59,138 nt of DNA from Octopus bimaculoides (Eukaryota). Where the stretch lies: assembly GCF_001194135.2 (NCBI RefSeq), contig NC_068981.1, positions 141,030,647 through 141,089,784 on the forward strand, in the 5' to 3' direction. Below the pieces are notes generated by a model that was not told the DNA's origin, ran no database searches, and saw only the letters and a program-made list of their open reading frames with translations. Within the stretch, counting starts at the first letter, position 1; every line of letters begins with the position of its first letter. Positions 51,138-59,138 of this stretch are shown piece by piece. Made by a program: the position numbers and the translations under genes.

Positions 51138-52239
51138 AATGGTTGGAATTTGTCTATGAAAAGATTCTCCTTGTTGATTCTTTCTTGTGTGAAGATTCTG
51201 TCTTTACATTGATTGTGGTGCATGCTTCGATGTTTTTGGGGTTTTGGGTGGAGATGTATGGAAGTATTTTGGGGTTGGGTGTGTTATTATGTTGGTTGGT
51301 TTNNNNNNNNNNNNNNNNNNNNNNNNNNNNNNNNNNNNNNNNNNNNNNNNNNNNNNNNNNNNNNNNNNNNNNNNNNNNNTTAAAGGGGATATTTATCTTG
51401 GCGTGTTTTGGGTGGCATGAGCTAAAAAGGAGGTATTGTTGTGAGTCTGTAGGTTTGTGGTAGATGTCAGTTGTGATTTGGTTATTAGGTGTTTTTATAA
51501 TTAAGAAATCAAGAAAAGGGAGATGATGTTTGCTGAATTCCATAGTGAATTGAATGTTAGGATGTGTGTTATTAAGTATGGATTTGAATTCTAGACGTTT
51601 TTCATAAGGTTCCTTCCATATGATGAAACAATCATCCAAGTATCTTTTCCAGTTATCCATTAACTAGATGTGGAAAAGGTGTCCAACTTTCTGGCGTGAG
51701 ATTTCATATAGTGTTAATTCAAAAAAGGCTGCACCAGTCCTTGCGAACCTCATAATGGTTTTTTTTTAAAACCAATTTCTCTTGTTCCTCTGGTAACCTC
51801 ATTTATGTCCTCACTTGCGCAGGTTGCCAAAAGTTCTATATCGGACAGACGAGCCTCCCGTTACGTAGAAGAGTAGCAGTCCATAAGGAACAAATCAATC
51901 TCCCTCAATACCGCCAAATTCTACTCAGTGGCCACATAGACTCTTGCGCCAGAAACAAAAACCCTAAATTCATTATATTCCCTTTCTATCAATGTAAAGA
52001 CAGAATCTACACACAAGAAAGAATCAACAAGGAGAATCTTTTCATAGAGAAATTCCAACCATTTCTTAACACACACACACACACCTCTCAGTGACTTTAT
52101 TTCTCTAGGAACAGACATAAACGTCCTGTTGAAAAAGAGTTCATAACTCCAGCTAAAGACATTTGTCTCCCCTTACACACACTTCCTGTTTTGACACCAC
52201 ATTTCCTGCTTAACACAAACTTTTAACCCTTTTTTTAAA
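51138..52239. mobile_element. Rearranged Penelope-like element: RT/thumb on the minus strand (51727-51214), GIY-YIG and pLTR on the plus strand (51766-52239), with an 80-bp inverted duplication
   Basis: Minus: MDNWKRYLDDCFIIWKEP..LNNTHPNIQFTME..LPFLD..TDIYHKPTDSQQYLLFSSCHPKH. Plus: SCSSGNLIYVLTCAGCQKFYIGQTSLPLRRRVAVHKEQI..ERINKENLFIEKFQPFLN. Confidence 0.92.
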
Positions 52240-53346
52240 NNNNNNNNNNNNNNNNNNNNNNNNNNNNNNNNNNNNNNNNNNNNNNNNNNNNNNNNNNNNN
52301 NNNNNNNNNNNNNNNNNNNNNNNNNNNNNNNNNNNNNNNNNNNNNNNNNNNNNNNNNNNNNNNNNNNNNNNNNNNNNNNNNNNNNNNNNNNNNNNNNNNN
52401 NNNNNNNNNNNNNNNNNNNNNNNNNNNNNNNNNNNNNNNNNNNNNNNNNNNNNNNNNNNNNNNNNNNNNNNNNNNNNNNNNNNNNNNNNNNNNNNNNNNN
52501 NNNNNNNNNNNNNNNNNNNNNNNNNNNNNNNNNNNNNNNNNNNNNNNNNNNNNNNNNNNNNNNNNNNNNNNNNNNNNNNNNNNNNNNNNNNNNNNNNNNN
52601 NNNNNNNNNNNNNNNNNNNNNNNNNNNNNNNNNNNNNNNNNNNNNNNNNNNNNNNNNNNNNNNNNNNNNNNNNNNNNNNNNNNNNNNNNNNNNNNNNNNN
52701 NNNNNNNNNNNNNNNNNNNNNNNNNNNNNNNNNNNNNNNNNNNNNNNNNNNNNNNNNNNNNNNNNNNNNNNNNNNNNNNNNNNNNNNNNNNNNNNNNNNN
52801 NNNNNNNNNNNNNNNNNNNNNNNNNNNNNNNNNNNNNNNNNNNNNNNNNNNNNNNNNNNNNNNNNNNNNNNNNNNNNNNNNNNNNNNNNNNNNNNNNNNN
52901 NNNNNNNNNNNNNNNNNNNNNNNNNNNNNNNNNNNNNNNNNNNNNNNNNNNNNNNNNNNNNNNNNNNNNNNNNNNNNNNNNNNNNNNNNNNNNNNNNNNN
53001 NNNNNNNNNNNNNNNNNNNNNNNNNNNNNNNNNNNNNNNNNNNNNNNNNNNNNNNNNNNNNNNNNNNNNNNNNNNNNNNNNNNNNNNNNNNNNNNNNNNN
53101 NNNNNNNNNNNNNNNNNNNNNNNNNNNNNNNNNNNNNNNNTATATATATATATATATATGTTTGTGTGTATGTATGTGTGTGTGTGTTTATGTGTGTGTG
53201 TGTATGCGTGCGTGTGTGTGTTTGTGTATTTTACAGGTGGTTGTTTCTTAATATGCTGTTTTTTAAATTTTTATTCTATTATTTTATTTCTTAATATGCG
53301 TAACAGGACTTCACAATTTTGTTTTTTTCTGTATTTGATTAACACC

Positions 53347-53511
53347 ATGGTACATCATTTACTAAGCTTCGAGAAACGTGTTCAATGTATGAGATCATTT
53401 GCTAAAACGGGCAACATCACTGAAGACTGCCGAGTAATGGAAGCAGCTTTGGGGCTACCGGTACCACTATGCACCACTAGAATATCATCCTTGTTTACAA
53501 TTAATATATAA
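53347..53511 (+). pseudogene. Possible Tc1/mariner-type N-terminal HTH remnant
   Basis: MVHHLLSFEKRVQCMRSFAKTGNITEDCR resembles the transposase-associated HTH (DUF4817-like) start; no catalytic region seen. Confidence 0.3.
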
Positions 53512-56500
53512 TGTATGTAAGCACACACGATACTGTGGGTTCTGTATAAACTTGTACATACTCATAGAAATTGGAATCAAAGAAATATACACTCATTCTC
53601 ATATATACTTACATATATACTTACATAGATATGGGTGCGCATCTATGTCTTTACGTGTGTGTTTGTGCGTGCGTCTGCGCGTATGTGTTCGTGCGTGTTT
53701 CTGTGAATGTGTTTATGTGTGTGTGACTGTGTATGCGATTGTGCGTGTGTGTGGGTGTGTGTGGGTGTGTGTGTATGTGTGTGTGTAGAATATTGCTACA
53801 TCTGTTTTTCTCCTGAATTTCTTCAATCTATTCGTAATATCCATTAATATTTTATATTCTGTTATGTTTTTTTTATTCCATATTTATAAATAATTAATGT
53901 ATAATATCTTGCCAAAGATGAAAATATAAATAAAATAATGATGAAAAGTAAATAAATGTTAAAAAGTGTATTAGGAAAACGTCTTATCTCAGATTTTGCT
54001 GTAACATCTGCAATGATTAAAACAAGAAAATTGTCTAGTCAATGAGATTTTAATAATAGATTATAAAATTATTGTTGATATTGTCGTTTTGTTTGCTGCC
54101 TGCAGGAAATACTGCGCAATGTCATTTCTTACATATATTATTGCACACGTTTGTGCGTGTCGTTTAGTACAGTAAAAATAGAAGGTGAATATATTATAAA
54201 TTTAATGTTATATAATTTAATACTCGATATCGGTTGAGTAAAAATGAGAGACAATATGTACAAAATAAGTATGGCTTAAACCAAACTTCGGTTTCAGAGA
54301 ATTTGCACATCCGTTGAGGAACAATAAATTACACTACCTTCAGCCTAGATTTGTATGTCATTATTTTCTCTTGTAAAATTTTAAAATGCAGAATGTCTTA
54401 TCTAAAGTTCATTGAGGGCTACATAAGAGCCAAAAACGCTACACATTTTTGTTTTCTTCAAACTGTATATTTCATAACACCGCGATATTTGAGCAATTAG
54501 ACAGGGCAACATTCATTTTATGCTTGTTAATAAATCGTATTAGTCGAAAGTCTGGTTTAATGCTTTAAATATATTGCGTCATTCAACTTCAAAGTAAAAT
54601 TTAATGCAAAGAAGACAAGGAATTTCAAACGCAAACAAGGCATTAGAGAATGAAATGTATCGAACAGAAAGTGCTTGAATATGTGATGATTTGTTTTGAT
54701 GTTAATTAATGTAAGGTGCTTGTGTTATAAAAAGTGAGAGATGTGCTGTAAGAATATTTTCATTGTGAATACAAATAAATATCTCAACAATTTAATTCAG
54801 GAGGATTTGATCCCTGTTCAAATTTTATCTATATTAACTTTACATTTAACTTGCATGTGACTAAAGCAATAGGAACAAGTTAAATATTGGGTATCGTTTA
54901 ACGCGGTGAGACGCTCTCTTTGTGTCTTCTTTAAATATTCTGGTGTACTGGATGCTATGATTGTCTTTCTTTTAAATCAATAACTTGCTGATCCAAACTT
55001 CTTACATCCTATCTTCAAATGCGTGTGATAGTCTTTATTTTCAACCGTTCTTACACAGAGAAACATTATCAATATGCAACATAAATATCTCACAACCAAT
55101 CTGCACGGATTCCATAAATAGACGGGTGTATTTGCAATAATTCCCGATGTAGTCGTGCCTAAGATGCTCCTTTAATTTCGATTAAGGGAAGATGATGATA
55201 AATGAAGAAAATATCACGCACAGCAGGGATAGCAGAAATCTACTACCGACCTTAAATATGTTACACCTACCATTGTCACAGGTTGTAAGAAAAGTACATA
55301 CTTTAAAACGTCTAATTACTTTGCAATCATCAATTTTGTGACTAAGACATTCTGCTTGCAGTTTTTACGTGTTTTTATGGATGTAGGATACCGGAATATT
55401 CTCCATATCGTACTCACCAGTATATTTCTAAAGTTACATTAAGAGAAATTGTTTAGTTTGAAATTTGCGGCAAATCAAGTCCGCTAAGTCAGATTCATTA
55501 TGTTTCAGCGTAAATTAGTTACGTCGTAATACTTTGAACTAAGCGCGTTTCTACATAGCCTTAAAAAGAATGATATAAGTGAAATGTAATATTGCATGTT
55601 TTCATAACAATGGTTGTACTCGCAATATAATAAAATCACATTAATAGTTAAGACAAAACTTAGAAAACCTTTATGCAATGTAAGTCATATATCTATTCAT
55701 TTAAGTAGTGATTGTTTACTTAGCGCACATTTCCAAGTAATTTTTGTCCATCCGCATTATATACGCGTGTGTACATGTGTGTGTATGTAAATATATATTT
55801 CACACATTTTTCTTTGTCATCCATATAAATTTGAATGTGATTAAAAACTAATGATCTCTAATTTAGAAAAAAAATAATTGAAATGTGATTATACTCTTAG
55901 AGTCCTAGTAAACTTGACCAAGTCAGTTGAAGCATATCAAATTTGGTGGAGGAAATCTATCCCCCCATGCGTTCTATTTCTCACCCTATTAATAATTTTC
56001 TTACTTTTTGGGAGTTAATCTGAAACCGTGTATTATTTTTCCATTACCATCTAAGAAAATACAATTAATTACACAAGCAGGACAAATTAAATATTTGTGT
56101 GAGTTTATTTCAGATGGGGAAAAGTCGTATTAATAAATCAATTTGCATAAACAAAATCAAACTCATACTGACTAGCGATCCACCTTAAAATATTACTTCT
56201 GAACACGCAGTATGATTGTGCACTTTAAGCAAAGATGATTGTAAGGAGAGCTGAAGTAGAGAAATCCTTATTGGAAGTTTTCGTTATTGATGAGGTTTTG
56301 TTGCCGCCAATAAATTTCGCTCGAATGAATAAATAATCACAGATGTTGTAGCAATGATTATTCTGGCTTTTATCAAAAACAACTTCATTATTTGATGCGA
56401 CGGTCCATTTCACATAGCAGTAATATATAAAATTAAGACAATTTTGTTGCTATTTCTATTAGACAAACTGACTAAAGGTTTTCTCCTTAGACTCCGTCTG

Positions 56501-57296
56501 ACCTAATGAGCAGGACTTCGTGAACAATGACTAACACAAACTGGTTTTGCAATATTGCATATCTCCCTATAACGTTAGATGCCATAATGGAAATTATGAT
56601 TTACAGCTAAGATTTCAAGAGGTGACACTGCAATTACTTATTGAATTACATGTAATCAGTATCAAGCAACAGTACAAACTGGTAATATTTATTTCATCCT
56701 CAACACAACCGCCATACTAAATAGAGAAAACTGATAAAATAGATGTATAAACATGCAATTAAATAAAATATAAATATAAAAGTGATAGAATATTATCAAA
56801 TTAAGATTAGCATCATTCTACATAATTTATCTGAGAACATATAGTAGAATCCAGGGAAGATCTTCAGACAGTAATCATGTGATGATACATCAAACTTCAG
56901 GTTATCAAAACTTAATCTCATGCTGTTCAGTTAATTTAGAGATTTCAATGTGATAAAAGACTTACATGATCAATTCTCATTGAATTCCAAGTTATTTTCT
57001 AATGGTCTACTCCCTGCTCATGGAAGCAAGTTTCAGAAGAATATTCCTTAGGAATAAGGTCTAAAACATTATTATTGCAATTCGCATACTAAAATCGATA
57101 TTTTTGCCAAATGCAAGAATACATAGCTTCTCACGCTTTATGATCTTCACATTCCTAGAAATATTTCTGCCACTTTGTGACAGTCACTAAATTATGCTAC
57201 TCAGTCGGCCTTTTCTTTCTCTGAGAATTCTGTTCATACATTCGTGAAAACGTCATAACTTATTTATTTCTTGTCTTTTACTAATTTCAGTCACAC

Positions 57297-57486
57297 TCTG
57301 CGGCCATGCAAGGGCAAAGCATTGAAGGGTTTGGTCGAACCACTCGACTTCATTCTTTTTCTCATTAAGTTCTACTACTCATTAAGTTCTATCGGTCTCT
57401 CTTTAACCACAATGCTAAGATCCGGGTACGTAAAGAAATCATCACAGGTTGTTAACCTGTAGTGAGAGACAAACACCAAGACAAAT

Positions 57487-57521
<35 letters not shown>

Positions 57522-57590
57522 TACAGACATACACACATACATACATACATGGATGCACAGAAACACACGCACACGACACACATATATACA
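57297..57590 (-). mobile_element. SINE family A tail plus internal (CA)n/(CATA)n tract
   Basis: CTGCGGCCATGC..TTGAAGGGTTTGGTCGAAC..TTCTATCGGTCTCT..GCTAAG..GGGTACGTAAA is the reverse complement of the tail at 25720-25870. Confidence 0.7.
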
Positions 57591-58215
57591 TAGTGCTTCA
57601 AACCTCCTGGCTTTATGGGTATCGTCAAAGGCCTGGTATGAGGCCCAACTATGCTAGTTCTTTTACAGGGCTAAGAATAACTGAAATGACCGCAGCAATA
57701 AGTGAGTGCATCTGAGAGAGAAATGTGTTGAATATAATCATAATTAACATATTCTCCTGTATTTTCTTCTACACAATGCCAGGACATTTTCAGCATTCCC
57801 TTGTATAAAACGTAAAAAGATAGGGATTTTGAATCCGGGCAGGTTCCTTATTAAGACTTTGATATCATCCTTATGATGCTAGCCACATTAGATGATGGAG
57901 AACATACGGAATTGTTTAAGATAGACAACTAAAATCACTTCACTCTGTAAGTAAATCGAGTGTTTAATGCTTTGGATTTCATACAGAATACGTAATATAT
58001 AACCAAGACATCATAAAGAAGAATGGAGGATTATACATCTTCAAAGATGATTTCTTACAGTATTATTATTATTATTATTCCAATTAAAGCACAAACCGAT
58101 ACGGGTTTCTGCTAAGCAAGTATTCTAGTGTCCATTGGTGTAGCATTTATACGAATTTAGTTGATACATTTGCAGCACATATTCATCCAACATAGACATT
58201 GCTATGCTGCTGCTA

Positions 58216-58316
58216 ATGTATGTATGTATGTATGTATGTATGTATGTATGTATGTATGTATGTGTGTATGTATGTATGTATGTATCTATGCATGTATGTA
58301 TGTATCTATGTTTCTG

Positions 58317-58357
<41 letters not shown>

Positions 58358-58367
58358 ATATCTATCT
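58216..58367. repeat. (TATG)n-(TATC)n compound microsatellite
   Basis: Directly visible. Confidence 0.97.
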
Positions 58368-59138
58368 GTTGTCAGAGCTAGGATGCGTGCTCTAAGGAAC
58401 GAAGGTGTTGGAGCCGCGCGAGAGGCCCGGGTGTCGGAGGCGCAACAGGGCAACAGAGGCACCATTCGGACTCTGGTGGACGAACAGGGGCGCGAACTGC
58501 TCGAGTCGGGCAAAATGTGTGAGGTCTTTCAGCAGCACTTTACTCGACTGTTTGGGACGAGTGGCGAGCGAGAACACAGGGTGGACTTCAGTGCCTACCT
58601 GCACAGCCTGCCACGACTCTAGAAAAGAGAGGCGGAGTGCTACGAATGCGCCATCACGGCGGCGGAAGTGAGGGACGCGATGGCGGGATGCTCGAGGGAC
58701 AAATCTCCGGGCTTGGATGGTCTTCCCTACGAGATTTACAACTGTATGCCAGACTTGTTTGGAGACGTCTTGGCGGCGGTGTACTGCAACTCTCAGCAGA
58801 ACGGGAGCATTCCCGGTTTTGTGAGCCAAGGAACCATAACGCTGCTGAAGAAAGATCCAAACAAGGGGGACGTCATAGATAACTTTAGGCCCATCACTCT
58901 GCTCAATGCAGACATGAAAATTTTGGCCAAGGTGTTAGCCAAGCGGCTGGCGCTTGTCATCGAGAAACTGATCGGCAAGGCACAAGCGTGCGCCGTGCCG
59001 GGCAGGAGTATCTATGACAACCTCCATCTGATGCGCTACATCATAGAGCGGGTAATTAGGGAACCTGGCATGGGTGGGGACCTGATCAATTTAGATCAAT
59101 CGAAAGCTTTCGATAGGGTAGACCATCAATACTTGGAG
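58368..59138 (+). mobile_element. Tx1/L1-group LINE ORF2 (linker and RT N-terminal half), 5'-truncated, one in-frame TAG at 58620-58622, continues beyond the window
   Basis: Single frame: VVRARMRALRNEG..FQQHFTRLF..LPRL*KREAECYECAITAAEVRDAMAGCSRDKSPGLDGLPYEIY..GTITLLKKDPNKG..NFRPITLLNADMKILAKVLAKRL..QACAVPGRSIYDNLHLMR..LINLDQSKAFDRVDHQYLE; abruptly GC-rich. Confidence 0.95.

Noticed and set aside
55418-55427. 10-nt minus-strand micro-exon (TTTAG|AAATATACTG|GTGAGT)
   Set aside because: Not frame-preserving and no neighbouring exons identified.

Overview
AT-rich, microsatellite-dense eukaryotic DNA from a short-read-style assembly with 18 N-gaps, many flanked by (TA)n or triplet repeats. The SINE families and repeat landscape look like an Octopus-type cephalopod genome (inference from recognised repeat motifs, not a database search). 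I found no intact protein-coding gene, rRNA, tRNA or CRISPR array, and most ORF-track entries are microsatellite or gap artefacts. The recognisable content is decayed transposons: a CR1/L2-type LINE, four clear Penelope-like (PLE) RT/GIY-YIG remnants plus one faint one, an R4/Dong-type LINE with a restriction-like endonuclease, an internally deleted mariner, a young Tx1/L1-type RT running off the right edge, and several tRNA-derived SINEs. The most unusual structure is at 9.7-15.8 kb. A 120-bp, 118/120-identical inverted repeat places an antisense copy of a TACTAAC branch point, 3' splice site and exon start about 4 kb upstream of that candidate exon. The pair brackets a 630-bp foldback hairpin, and a further 200-bp hairpin follows. 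A few isolated candidate exons exist, but no host gene could be identified.
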